Shown here piece after piece: positions 8,219 to 18,426 of a stretch of 64,000 nt of DNA. This DNA is from Candidatus Margulisiibacteriota bacterium (GTDB lineage: Bacteria > Margulisbacteria > Marinamargulisbacteria > SXXA01 > SICP01). The position numbers and the translations under genes are program-made. Where the stretch lies: NCBI GenBank assembly GCA_009691415.1, contig SICP01000004.1, positions 1,960 to 65,959 of the forward strand, given 5' to 3'. Every line of letters begins with the position of its first letter. The stretch's first letter is position 1. The notes under the pieces are model-generated. The model was not told where the DNA came from. It saw nothing but the letters and a program-made list of their open reading frames with translations, and ran no database searches.

Positions 8219-9606
8219 CTAAATAATCTCCTTATCCATAAATAGAATGCACCCACAATCAGTCCTAGGCCCAAGCCTAATACCGACCGATACGTCGACA
8301 CCCATAACGGTGTGTGCAAATGACAAAAAGAATTTAAAAGCGACACGAGGGCAATACTTCCCATGGCAGCATAAAGCCAACTGTAACGAGACTGAGGAAA
8401 CATAAACGCCAACATCAACGCTGGATACCCAAATAAAAATTCTTTAGTACGCGGCCTAACACTAAAAATATGTTCCAAAAACGATCTAAAATGAACCTCC
8501 AAAATAGGAATGCTTCCCACACTAGAATGTCCACTGCGCATAACATAGACACCTATAATGCCTACACATAAAAGCCCGCATACTAAATGCGAAATCAGTA
8601 AAGGCTGTTTCAAAAAATCTATAAACTTTCGGTCCCGAAAATATGAAAATGCCCCAATAAATAAGGCCGGTATAACAAGTGCTCCAGAAATAAAAGGAAA
8701 CCTAATAATTCCTAATAAAAAAACAGGGTCCAACAATAACGCCGACACCATCACCGCACCACCCGCCGTGATTAAAACCGAAACTAAAAAACCGGCCCAC
8801 CAACGTTTCATAGCAAGTCCCGTTAGTATCGCCAAAATAGGAATCACCAAGACAAGAAGCCACGCACTATATTGCAAGAAATACATCCTAAAGATAGCGT
8901 GAAGATAAAGCGGCTCTGCTTTTGTAAGCGCATAGCCTTCTTGATGAATATGTAAAGACAACTGTGTTAAATAGGTTGTATTTAAAGTAATCAAATTTTC
9001 AGAGGAAAGTCGGCGATGCATATAGGGGTGCAGGAATAACATGTTCACCCGTCGTTCTCGAATCGCACGCATATACCGACTGATTGCTGCATCAGGTGTG
9101 AGTAAATGGATTTCTAATTCGGGAATACTATGCACGCGTATGATCTGAGAAGGAAGAGCTTTTGCCAACGTCTCTATACCTGCCTGTGGATATAGCTCCA
9201 CCATGCCCAAACGACATCCAGACTGTTGTAAAGCCCGGCCGACATCTTTAAGTAAAAAAGGATAGCCATAGACTTCCGGGCCATCAAAAAGAAGCGTGTC
9301 ATTTTTACTGAGTACCGGAAGTTTTGAATCTGTATTACTCACTCTTAAGACAATAAAAAAAGACTCCTGAATCTGAATATTAGAAGATGCAGGCGTGAGC
9401 GAAAGACTCGTAAGTCCCGCGTGTTTAAAGCGCGCCAAAATCACGGGGATGGGTAGTTTTTCAGACTCAGAAAGCCGGACGATATCACTATAAGCCATGA
9501 CTGTTTCTATCGGTCCATGAAGCCGTTCTTGAGAAATACGAGGCCAAATTAAAACAAGAGAAAGTGCGACAAGGCTGCCATATAAAACCCAAAAAAATGT
9601 CTTCAT
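8215..9606 (-). CDS. Polytopic membrane protein with a large N-terminal extracytoplasmic domain
   Basis: 463 aa. N-terminal TM helix, about 230-aa soluble domain, then about 8 TM helices. It may be a DUF5693-type protein (unverified recollection). Coupled to rnc and prfB by 4-nt overlaps. Confidence 0.5.
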   Translation of the reverse strand: MKTFFWVLYGSLVALSLVLIWPRISQERLHGPIETVMAYSDIVRLSESEKLPIPVILARFKHAGLTSLSLTPASSNIQIQESFFIVLRVSNTDSKLPVLSKNDTLLFDGPEVYGYPFLLKDVGRALQQSGCRLGMVELYPQAGIETLAKALPSQIIRVHSIPELEIHLLTPDAAISRYMRAIRERRVNMLFLHPYMHRRLSSENLITLNTTYLTQLSLHIHQEGYALTKAEPLYLHAIFRMYFLQYSAWLLVLVIPILAILTGLAMKRWWAGFLVSVLITAGGAVMVSALLLDPVFLLGIIRFPFISGALVIPALFIGAFSYFRDRKFIDFLKQPLLISHLVCGLLCVGIIGVYVMRSGHSSVGSIPILEVHFRSFLEHIFSVRPRTKEFLFGYPALMLAFMFPQSRYSWLYAAMGSIALVSLLNSFCHLHTPLWVSTYRSVLGLGLGLIVGAFYLWIRRLFR

Positions 9607-10713
9607 TTTTTCAAGGTTTGACGTAATGATGCATTAATATATTCGTCCAAATCGCCGTCCATCACCGTTTGTAAATCAGTCCGTTCTACTTGCGTGCGTA
9701 AATCTTTTACCAGTTTATAAGGATGATACACATACGAGCGAATCTGATTGCCCCACGAAATATCTCGTGTGATACCCCGTAGTTCTTTGATATCTGATTT
9801 ATGCTCTTCTTCCAACAAATGAATAAGCCGAGATTTTAAAATCGTAAGCGCCGTTTCTCTATTATCAATTTGCGATCGACTATTTTGAGATTGTGCCACC
9901 AGCCCCGTAGGCAAGTGCGTAATACGAACCGCCGAATCGGTTTTGTTAACATGCTGACCACCCGCACCAGATGCTCGAAATGTATCCACTTTGAGATCTT
10001 TAGGATCCACTTCGATATCCCCAAAATCTTTATTAATTTCGGGCATGACATCCACAGACGCAAAAGAGGTCTGGCGTTTGCTATTGGCGTTAAACGGTGA
10101 CAGACGCACCAAGCGATGAATGCCGGTTTCATGTTTTAATAAGCCATACACAAATTCACCCGTAACCCGTATTGTTACCGATTTAATGCCCGCCTCTTCT
10201 CCCAGTGTTTCATCCAAGACAGCATAGTCCCATTTTTTAGAATCGAAATACCGTGTGTACATCCGAAATAAAATCTGAGTCCAATCCTGGGCATCTGTTC
10301 CACCAGCACCAGAGTTAAGTGAAAATAACGCGTTAAACGTATCGTATTTTCCAGACAACATAGACTTTATTTCGAGTGTGTCGACTTTGGATTTTAATGT
10401 AGCGAGAAGTGTTTTGGCTTCGTTAAGGGGCTCCTCGTAATCATCACCTAACTCTTCTGCAAGCTCAATATAGACTTTGATATCGTCGCATAGGGCTAAA
10501 TTATCTTCGTAGTCAGCCACCGCATTTTTACATTTGTTAAGACGTGTAAAAATAGCTTGTGCCTGATCGTTTTGTTCCCAAAAACTTTCTTGGCCGATCT
10601 CAGATTCTAAATTCCGAATCGTATCCCGTTGTTTGGCAATGTCAAAGATAGTCTCCGAGGTGATGAAGTGCTTCCTGAGTTTCTTTTAATGCGTTTTTTA
10701 CTTCATGCACCAT
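9603..10713 (-). CDS. prfB: Peptide chain release factor 2, with programmed +1 frameshift
   Basis: The 305-aa ORF (9603-10520) carries the SPF and GGQ motifs. The upstream frame from ATG 10713 encodes MVHEVKNALKETQEALHHLGDYL and ends at TGA within TAT CTT TGA C. Shifting +1 joins DIAKQRDTIRN... in frame with the ORF, for about 369 aa total. Confidence 0.92.
10641..10650 (-). promoter_or_regulatory. prfB +1 frameshift site (TAT CTT TGA C)
   Basis: An exact match to the canonical RF2 autoregulatory shift site, preceded by the SD-like GGAG (CTC GGA GAC TAT CTT TGA C). Confidence 0.85.
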
Positions 10714-10714
10714 G

Positions 10715-13102
10715 TTATTCTCCTTCTTCCTCGTCTTCTTCTTGTATCACAAGTTCTGCCTTATTAATCATCGTAAGAGACTCTTCAGAAACATCCAACA
10801 ACAATTGCTGGAACATTTCAAACCCTTCAATCTTGTATTCAATCAAAGGGTCTCTTTGGCCATAGGCACGAAGACCAATTCCTTCTCGCAAAATATCCAT
10901 ATTATGCAAGTGATCCATCCATCTGCGATCCAATGTCATCAAAATGGCACGTCTACAAATCACAGCATCAAACAGTCCTTCTGGTAGCTCTGCTTTACGT
11001 GCTTCATACAATTTAATAAAGCCTTCAGATAAATCCGCAGCCAAGATAGCTCTGTCCGTATTTTTAACAATCTCACTCAAATTATTAATCGGGAAAATAA
11101 CTTTTAATTCGCGCGCAAATTCTTCCAACTCTTCAGCATCTACAGGTATGTTTGGAGTAGGGTAAAGTTCTGCAATACGTTTTTGGACATACTCGGAAAT
11201 CATTTCTTTTATTTTTTGAGAAATCTTTGCCGCGTCTAAAATCTGATGACGAATGCCGTAAATCGTTTTGCGTTGTTTATCCATGACATCGTCGTATTGC
11301 AAAATCTGTTTACGAATAGAGAAGTGGTATTTTTCAACTTTACTCTGCGCTTTCTCAATAGAACGTGAAATCAGAGGATGCTCAATCGGTGTATCTCCAG
11401 GAACCCCCAACGTATCCATTACACGCGCAATACGATCCGATCCAAACATGCGCATCAAATCATCGTCTAAAGCCACATAAAAACGGGATTTCCCCGGATC
11501 ACCTTGACGACCAGAACGACCGCGCAACTGGTTATCAATACGACGTGACTCATGCCGTTCACTCCCAATAACATACAGACCACCCAATTCTGTTACACCG
11601 TCACCAAGTACAATGTCCGTTCCACGACCGGCCATATTAGTGGCAATAGTCACGGCATCTTTTTGCCCCGCTTTAGCAATAATTTCTGCCTCACGTTCGT
11701 GATATTTGGCATTCAAAACATTGTGTGTGATGCCTTTTGCTTTTAACAACTTAGACAATTTTTCTGAAGACTCAATCGAAATCGTCCCTACCAAAACTGG
11801 TTGTCCCAGCGTATGAACCGTTACAATTTCTTCAATAATCGCTTTAAATTTCTCTTCTTTTGTTTTGTAAACCAAGTCCGCATTGTCTGCCCGAATCATA
11901 GGCTGGTTAGTAGGTAACTGCACAACAGACAAACTATAAATACTGTTAAATTCGTCGGCCTCAGTTGCGGCGGTTCCTGTCATACCAGCTAATTTTGGAA
12001 ACATACGAAAATAGTTTTGATAGGTCACACTCGCAAGAGTCTGGCTCTCTTCTCTAATCGATAAATTTTCAACCGCTTCTATCGCTTGGTGTAATCCATC
12101 AGAATAACGACGCCCTTCCAAAATACGGCCCGTGAATTCATCAACGATTAACACTTCACCCTCTTTCACAACGTAATCTACATCACGCTTATATAAATAC
12201 TGGGCCTTTAAACACTGCACCGCCATATGGGCAATTTCCATATTTTCTAAAGAATAAATCGTATCCAAATTGAGCTTGGATTCTATTTCCTGAATACCCG
12301 CTTCAGTCAAAATAATATTTTTATGTTTTTCTTCAACAGTAAAATGCGTTTCTTTTTCTAAAGATTTCACGATTTTGCTAATAGGCAAATAACGCTCAGA
12401 AGAAACTTGAGCCGCACCAGAAATAATCAGTGGCGTACGTGCTTCGTCAATTAAAATACTATCCACTTCATCAATAATGGCAAAGTGACGACGCAACTGA
12501 CAGCACTGCCCCAAATCCCAAGACAAATTGTCTCTCAAATAATCAAACCCAAATTCATTGTTAGTGCCATACGTAATATCACACGCATATGCCGCAACCC
12601 GTGTCTCCGTCTCTAAATTGGCCTGAATCAGCCCCACACTCAACCCCAAAAACGAATAAATTTTACCCATTGATTCACTGTCACGTTTTGCCAAATAATC
12701 ATTCACAGTAACGATATATACGCCATTGCCTTCGAGCGCGTTCAAATAAGCGGGTAGGGTAGAGGCCAGCGTTTTACCTTCACCCGTTTTCATCTCAGCA
12801 ATCTTGCCCTGGTGCAAGACAATGCCGCCCATTAATTGCACATCAAAATGCCGCATACCCAAAACACGCTTGCTCGCTTCTCTAACAACTGCAAACGCTT
12901 CTGGCAAAATAGTATCCAATGTTTCCCCAGCCGCTAAACGAACTTTAAAACTATCCGTTTTGGCACGAAGTTCTTCATCTGACAAAATAGAAACAGAAGA
13001 CTCCAACGAATTAATTTGCGCAACAATCGGGACTATCTGCTGAACTTGTTTTTCATTGGGATCACCAAAAATAGTTTTGTAAATAGTTTGTAACATGCTC
13101 AT
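10715..13102 (-). CDS. secA: Preprotein translocase ATPase SecA
   Basis: 795 aa. Walker A MKTGEGKT, DEAD-like IIDEVDS and conserved SecA motifs throughout. It ends in an acidic tail (EEDEEEGE) with no Cys-rich zinc-binding C-terminus. Confidence 0.95.
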   Translation of the reverse strand: MSMLQTIYKTIFGDPNEKQVQQIVPIVAQINSLESSVSILSDEELRAKTDSFKVRLAAGETLDTILPEAFAVVREASKRVLGMRHFDVQLMGGIVLHQGKIAEMKTGEGKTLASTLPAYLNALEGNGVYIVTVNDYLAKRDSESMGKIYSFLGLSVGLIQANLETETRVAAYACDITYGTNNEFGFDYLRDNLSWDLGQCCQLRRHFAIIDEVDSILIDEARTPLIISGAAQVSSERYLPISKIVKSLEKETHFTVEEKHKNIILTEAGIQEIESKLNLDTIYSLENMEIAHMAVQCLKAQYLYKRDVDYVVKEGEVLIVDEFTGRILEGRRYSDGLHQAIEAVENLSIREESQTLASVTYQNYFRMFPKLAGMTGTAATEADEFNSIYSLSVVQLPTNQPMIRADNADLVYKTKEEKFKAIIEEIVTVHTLGQPVLVGTISIESSEKLSKLLKAKGITHNVLNAKYHEREAEIIAKAGQKDAVTIATNMAGRGTDIVLGDGVTELGGLYVIGSERHESRRIDNQLRGRSGRQGDPGKSRFYVALDDDLMRMFGSDRIARVMDTLGVPGDTPIEHPLISRSIEKAQSKVEKYHFSIRKQILQYDDVMDKQRKTIYGIRHQILDAAKISQKIKEMISEYVQKRIAELYPTPNIPVDAEELEEFARELKVIFPINNLSEIVKNTDRAILAADLSEGFIKLYEARKAELPEGLFDAVICRRAILMTLDRRWMDHLHNMDILREGIGLRAYGQRDPLIEYKIEGFEMFQQLLLDVSEESLTMINKAELVIQEEDEEEGE

Positions 13103-13541
13103 GAGCGAAGTCCTTTTTAAAACAGAATAAGTAACATTCTATTCGAGACCGCTAGCGCATGACAAGAAAATTTATAACCTAGCACCTTCAGTCCATAATG
13201 AGGATATCGTTTGCGTTTTGAACGGGCTGGTATTTGTGCGTGCACTAGAAAAAGATCAACAAGAAATTATGCCACATGAGGAATCTTCTGCAAATTCCAG
13301 TGTGAATAAAATCACATTTTGTAAGCTTGGCATCATCCCATTCAGACTGGCTGTTATAGTTTTCTATGCTTTTAGTTTTTCTATATTTCGAGGTAATGGT
13401 TTGTGTATTTAAAATCATATATCAAGTAGGGCCAACACCTAAATATCCAGAAGTTGGTTTTGAAAATGAGTTTGATATAGCAATAAGTTTAAAAATCATA
13501 TTAAGTAATCGTTTTTTTTGAATAAAAAATTACAAGAATCT

Positions 13542-13569
13542 TTGCAACTTGCAAAATTTTTACTACAAT
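13542..13569 (+). promoter_or_regulatory. Candidate sigma70-type promoter for the ppiC-like operon
   Basis: TTGCAA (13542-13547), a 16-nt spacer, then TACAAT (13564-13569), about 45 nt upstream of ATG 13614. Confidence 0.35.
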
Positions 13570-13613
13570 AAAGATCTAGTAATAATCCTATCAAAAATTG
13601 TAAGGGGTACATC

Positions 13614-14444
13614 ATGACATCAAGTAAAGCACTATTTACACTGGCCATTTTAATGAGTAGCACGATTGTTGTTGCTTCTGAACCAAAAAACATTATTGCA
13701 ACAGTTGGCAAAACGAAGATAACCATAGAAGAGTTAAATTCACGCATCAGTGGATTTCCCCCTCAGTACTCAGAAGCACTTAAACAAAAAGAAAATAAAG
13801 CGAAATTATTGGATCAAATGATTGACGAACAGCTCTTAGTAAACGCAGCAAAAAAATCTGGAGAAGACAAATCAGCCAGCTACAAAAAACAAATTCAAGA
13901 CGCACAAAAACAAATTTTGTTAGATGCACTAATTAAAGATAAAATCGATAAAAATATTACTGTGACTGACGAAGATGCTCAGGCCTTTTACACCAGCAAG
14001 CCAGAGCAATTTCAAGCAACAGAACAACGAAATGCCAGCCATATTCTAGTAAAAACAGAAGCTGAGGCAAGCGAAATTAAAAAAGCAGTAGATAAAGGCG
14101 CAGACTTTGAAGCCCTTGCAAAAGAAAAATCACAAGATCCTTCAGCAGCAAGTAACAGTGGAAGTCTAGGGTGGTTTGCACGCGGGCAAATGGTTCCAGA
14201 ATTCGAACAAGCTGTTTTTGTTCTAACAAAAGGACAAATTTCAGGTCCAATTAAAACACAATTTGGATACCACATTATTAAATTGAACGATACACAATCA
14301 CGTCAAAAAACAGAATTTACACCACAGCTTGCACAACAAATAAAAGAAGGTCTACAAACAGAAAAGAAACGCTCACTTCTTGCACAGTATCTTGAAGAAC
14401 TACGCAAGACTACAACAATTTCTAAAAACGTAAGCAAACTGTAA
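13614..14444 (+). CDS. Periplasmic parvulin-type peptidyl-prolyl isomerase (PpiC/SurA/PrsA-like)
   Basis: 276 aa. Signal peptide. Parvulin domain ASHILVK...GSLGWFARGQMVPEFE...FGYHIIKL. Confidence 0.85.
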   Translation: MTSSKALFTLAILMSSTIVVASEPKNIIATVGKTKITIEELNSRISGFPPQYSEALKQKENKAKLLDQMIDEQLLVNAAKKSGEDKSASYKKQIQDAQKQILLDALIKDKIDKNITVTDEDAQAFYTSKPEQFQATEQRNASHILVKTEAEASEIKKAVDKGADFEALAKEKSQDPSAASNSGSLGWFARGQMVPEFEQAVFVLTKGQISGPIKTQFGYHIIKLNDTQSRQKTEFTPQLAQQIKEGLQTEKKRSLLAQYLEELRKTTTISKNVSKL

Positions 14445-14447
14445 TAC

Positions 14448-14969
14448 ATGCACAAATTTGAGCTTCCAAAAAGAATATTGGGAACTCCCCCTGACATTCA
14501 CCCATCGGTATTCGTCGCTCCAAGCGCGGATATCATGGGCGATGTCCGAATCAAGAAAGACTCCTCAATTTGGTACAACTGCGTTTTAAGAGGCGACATT
14601 AATTATATTCAAATCGGCGAACGCACCAATATCCAAGACGGCACCATCATCCATCTAGAAAATGACATTCCCTGTATCGTCGGAAACGACGTCACGGTAG
14701 GACATCGCGCACTCCTACATGCGTGCACTATCGAAGACGGATGTCTCATTGGTATGGGCGCGATTATTCTAAACGGGGCCGTGATAAAACGTGGCAGTGT
14801 CGTTGGTGCCGGCGCAGTGGTGACCGAACATACCATCGTTCCAGAAAACACCCTCGTCGTCGGCATCCCCGCAAAAGCCATCAAGCAACTTCCAGAAACA
14901 AGCTATGACACCAACAAGGCCTGGTCCGAAAAATATGTACAACTAGCAAACGCACATCGCAAAAAATAA
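14448..14969 (+). CDS. Gamma-carbonic-anhydrase-family / left-handed beta-helix protein (YrdA-like)
   Basis: 173 aa. Hexapeptide repeats and the conserved IGERTNIQDGTIIH...VTVGHRALLHAC. Confidence 0.85.
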   Translation: MHKFELPKRILGTPPDIHPSVFVAPSADIMGDVRIKKDSSIWYNCVLRGDINYIQIGERTNIQDGTIIHLENDIPCIVGNDVTVGHRALLHACTIEDGCLIGMGAIILNGAVIKRGSVVGAGAVVTEHTIVPENTLVVGIPAKAIKQLPETSYDTNKAWSEKYVQLANAHRKK

Positions 14970-15053
14970 GTTAATTTTCTCAAGCGACACAATACCCCAT
15001 TTTTGATAGACTTTGTCTTTAAGATTCCGCACAGCGGGCGAGGAGTGACTTAC

Positions 15054-15452
15054 ATGAATTCATTTAGAGATAACAGATCAGGTGCACCAAGAGGTCCTAA
15101 AAAAAGCTTTGGAGGCGGTGGTGGTGGATTTAGTCGTGGAGGATCTTCATCAGCTATGCATCCCGCAACCTGTACAAGTTGTGGCGCAGCATGTGAAGTG
15201 CCTTTCAAACCCACTGGCATGAGACCTGTTTTATGTGGTGCATGTTTTAATAAAGACGGGGCTTCAAGACCTTCTTGGGATTCTTCGGAGCAACGCGGCC
15301 CCAAAAGAAGCTTTGAAGAAAAACGGGCATTCAACAAACCCAATCGGGATTTCAGAAACTCAGATATGCCACAGGCAGACAACTCCAAAAGACAGCTAGA
15401 TATCATAGAGGCTAAACTTGACCAAATTCTCAGGCTTCTTTCAGACGACTAA
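15054..15452 (+). CDS. CxxC-x17-CxxC domain protein with Gly/Arg-rich flanks
   Basis: GAGGAG precedes ATG 15054. Motif CTSCGAACEVPFKPTGMRPVLCGAC (CxxC, 17 residues, CxxC). Disordered GGGGGFSRGG region. Confidence 0.7.
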   Translation: MNSFRDNRSGAPRGPKKSFGGGGGGFSRGGSSSAMHPATCTSCGAACEVPFKPTGMRPVLCGACFNKDGASRPSWDSSEQRGPKRSFEEKRAFNKPNRDFRNSDMPQADNSKRQLDIIEAKLDQILRLLSDD

Positions 15453-17244
15453 ATTAGTTGAGACACTTCGCGTTAGTTTTCAATATAGCTTACCAAGCTT
15501 AGGACTAGCGTGGAGATCGTCTAAAAAATTATGCGTCCTCGTTGCAACCCTTACGTTAATCGCATCAGGGTTACCGTTGGTAATTGCCTATATTAGCAAA
15601 GTCATTATAGACGCTATAGTTGCAAAAACGGTTAGTGCCAGTTTGGCATGGGTATGTATCGAAGGCGCTGTAGTCATTATTCAAACAGGCGTGTTGCGAT
15701 TTCTATTTCTCTGCCAATCGTTATTGGGCGCTAAATTGGGTGCAGACGTTAATATTCTTATATTAGAAAAAGCGGTGACCTTAAACCTAAGTCATTTTGA
15801 AGATTCCGAAGTCTACGACCAACTCACCCGGGCACGTCAACAAGCTTCTGTGAGGCCAGTCGCTATGGTCACTGACACGTTGCAGTTGGTGCAAAACACA
15901 CTCACTTTTTTTGGATATGTTGGCCTTCTATTTTCCTGTAGTCCTTGGATGGTCTGTGGTTTAATTTTGGCCGCAATCCCTGCCACTGTATCCGAAATGC
16001 GTTTCTCAAATAGCGCCTTTCGATTACGAAATAGACGTTCGCCTGACACGAGACGTCTCAATTATCTGGAATATGTTTTAGCAACCGATGAACACGTCAA
16101 AGAAGTCAAAGTATTAGGTCTGTCAGAGTTGTTTTTGGGACGGTACAAAGCCCTCGCTAGACAGTTTTATAGCGAAGATAAAACACTATCCGTACAGCGC
16201 TCAAAATGGTCCTATTTCTTATCGCTTCTCGCAACAGGAACATTTTATACCTGTTATGGATTTTTAGCGCTATGGACTGCACTAGCCAAAATTACACTGG
16301 GTCAATTAACGTTATACATCATGGCGTTTAGGCACGGACAACAAACGTTTCAGACTGGGTTAACTGCTGTCGGAAACATGTACGAAGGCAACTTATACAT
16401 GTCCAATTTGTTTACTTTTTTATCTATACCGACATCTATAAAAGAGCCCATAAGTGCGACAAATTTTTTGTCCACAGAATTTTTTGAATATGGCATTCGA
16501 TTTGAAGATGTTGGATTTCAATATCCTGGCAAAACCAATTGGGCACTACGACACATCTCTCTTTTTATACCCAAAGGCCAAAGTTTGGCATTGGTCGGAC
16601 ACAACGGCGCAGGAAAATCGACATTGATTAAATTAATTTTACGGCTCTATTCTCCTACAGAAGGTCGCATTTTATTAGATGGCATAGATATTAGGCATTG
16701 GCCTTCAGACCATCTCTATAAACGCATGGGAGTGGTCTTTCAAGACTTTAATCAGTACCAACTAACAGTAAGAGAAAACGTCGGAGTCGGCAGCGTCCCC
16801 GACATGTCAAATGACACGCGCGTAAAAAGTTCTATAGAAAGAGGGGGGGCCGATCCCGTAATCGAAGAATTGCCTCAAGGCATCGAAACACAATTAGGCA
16901 GATGGTTTAATGCAGGCATGGAATTATCCGGTGGCCAATGGCAAAAAATAGCGTTGTCACGAGGATTTATGAGAGAAGACGCCGATATTTTAATTTTGGA
17001 TGAGCCAACAGCAGCACTCGATGCGGAAGCAGAACAAGCCGTATTCCAACGCTTCTCAACCCTAACAAAAGGCAAAACCAGTCTTCTTATATCCCATCGT
17101 TTCCCCACAGTACGCATGGCCGATCGAATCGTCGTCATCGAAGGCGGACAAATTCTAGAAGAAGGAACTCATGAGACACTCATGCAAAAACAAAATGGCC
17201 GATACGCGCATTTATTTACTCTGCAAGCGCAGGGGTATTTGTAA
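15418..17244 (+). CDS. ABC exporter, fused permease-ATPase (MsbA/type I exporter-like)
   Basis: 608 aa. Six N-terminal TM helices. Walker A GHNGAGKST, signature LSGGQWQKIAL, Walker B ILILDEPT. Confidence 0.9.
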   Translation: MTKFSGFFQTTKLVETLRVSFQYSLPSLGLAWRSSKKLCVLVATLTLIASGLPLVIAYISKVIIDAIVAKTVSASLAWVCIEGAVVIIQTGVLRFLFLCQSLLGAKLGADVNILILEKAVTLNLSHFEDSEVYDQLTRARQQASVRPVAMVTDTLQLVQNTLTFFGYVGLLFSCSPWMVCGLILAAIPATVSEMRFSNSAFRLRNRRSPDTRRLNYLEYVLATDEHVKEVKVLGLSELFLGRYKALARQFYSEDKTLSVQRSKWSYFLSLLATGTFYTCYGFLALWTALAKITLGQLTLYIMAFRHGQQTFQTGLTAVGNMYEGNLYMSNLFTFLSIPTSIKEPISATNFLSTEFFEYGIRFEDVGFQYPGKTNWALRHISLFIPKGQSLALVGHNGAGKSTLIKLILRLYSPTEGRILLDGIDIRHWPSDHLYKRMGVVFQDFNQYQLTVRENVGVGSVPDMSNDTRVKSSIERGGADPVIEELPQGIETQLGRWFNAGMELSGGQWQKIALSRGFMREDADILILDEPTAALDAEAEQAVFQRFSTLTKGKTSLLISHRFPTVRMADRIVVIEGGQILEEGTHETLMQKQNGRYAHLFTLQAQGYL

Positions 17245-18426
17245 GTGAAAGTACTAATTATTGGTGGCGGTGCTGCAGGATTTTTTTCTGCGATTCAGTG
17301 CAAAACAGAAAACCCTGACGCACAGGTAGTCTTGGCTGAAAAAGCAACATCAGTTTTAGCTAAAGTTAAAATTTCGGGTGGAGGACGATGCAATGTTACA
17401 CATGCGTGTTTTGACCCGCGTGACTTATCTGGGTTTTATCCTCGTGGAGGCAAAGCCGTAATTGGGCTGTTTCATACGTTTCAATCCCGCGACACAATGG
17501 CCTGGTTCGAATGCCACGGAGTGCCTTTAAAAATAGAACCTGACGGCCGCGTATTTCCTGTAAGTAATTCTTCTCAGTCTATAGTTGATTGTTTGTGTAA
17601 CACCGCAAAAACACTAGGCGTGCAGCTATGGACAGGCTGCGGAATTAATTCGCTCAGCCGTGAAGAAGCTCATTTTCTAGCAACGCTATCTGACGGAAAC
17701 AGTCATCGGTTTGATAGGGTGATTTTGGCAACAGGCAGTAGTCGTGCAGGTTATACGTTAGCAGAAAAACTGGGGCATACCATCGTCCCGCCGGTACCTT
17801 CATTGTTCACTTTTACTATACAAAACTCAGATCTAAGAGCGCTAGCCGGAGTGTCCGTCCAACAAGCGCAGGTGATGATTACGGGCATGCCAAAACTAGC
17901 TCAATATGGGCCTATACTCATTACACACTGGGGAGTTAGTGGGCCTGCCATTATTAAGCTTTCCGCATGGGCTGCTCGAGAAGTATCAGCCTGTTCCTAT
18001 CAATTTGAAATTAAAATAACATGGATAAATGCCGAAAATATGCTCAGCACAAACAGCAAAAAAATTATTTCGGGAGACAGTCCATTCCCAGAAATCCCCT
18101 CAAGACTATGGCGTTATTTGGTGCGAAAATCCGATATTTCAATTGAAGCCAGATGGTGCGATCTCACTTCAAAATCTATCAATAAACTGACAGAAACACT
18201 AGAAAGTGATCGGTATAAAGTCTCTGGAAAAGGCGTCTTTAAAGAAGAGTTTGTAACAGCGGGAGGCATCTCTTTAAAAGAAGTCAATTTTAAGACAATG
18301 GAAAGCACCCTATGTCCAGGCCTCCATTTTGCGGGAGAAATTTTAGACATAGACGGCATTACCGGCGGATTTAATTTTCAAAATGCTTGGACAACGGGAT
18401 ATATCGCAGGCTCTAGTTTGCTTTAA
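17245..18426 (+). CDS. NAD(P)/FAD-dependent oxidoreductase, HI0933/YhiN-like
   Basis: GTG start directly after the ABC stop. 393 aa. VLIIGGGAAGFF dinucleotide motif and ISGGGRCNVTH typical of this family. Confidence 0.8.
   Translation: MKVLIIGGGAAGFFSAIQCKTENPDAQVVLAEKATSVLAKVKISGGGRCNVTHACFDPRDLSGFYPRGGKAVIGLFHTFQSRDTMAWFECHGVPLKIEPDGRVFPVSNSSQSIVDCLCNTAKTLGVQLWTGCGINSLSREEAHFLATLSDGNSHRFDRVILATGSSRAGYTLAEKLGHTIVPPVPSLFTFTIQNSDLRALAGVSVQQAQVMITGMPKLAQYGPILITHWGVSGPAIIKLSAWAAREVSACSYQFEIKITWINAENMLSTNSKKIISGDSPFPEIPSRLWRYLVRKSDISIEARWCDLTSKSINKLTETLESDRYKVSGKGVFKEEFVTAGGISLKEVNFKTMESTLCPGLHFAGEILDIDGITGGFNFQNAWTTGYIAGSSLL

Noticed and set aside
8558-8902. Nested antisense ORFs inside long genes (for example 8558-8902, 9836-10132, 11268-11746, 14012-14275, 24346-24633, 31660-31952, 63027-63566)
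   Set aside because: Each lies wholly within a longer ORF that has clear family motifs on the other strand or in another frame. None has independent start signals.
13103-13613. Structured ncRNA (SRP RNA, tmRNA, 6S, RNase P) in the 510-bp secA / ppiC-like intergenic region
   Set aside because: I found no conserved cores of these RNAs by eye. Only a plausible sigma70 promoter was retained. A covariance-model scan would be needed to exclude other RNAs.
15050-15406. 118-aa antisense ORF opposite the CxxC-x17-CxxC gene
   Set aside because: It is the open antisense frame of a locally GC-rich, Gly-codon-rich gene. The sense ORF has an SD and a recognisable domain.
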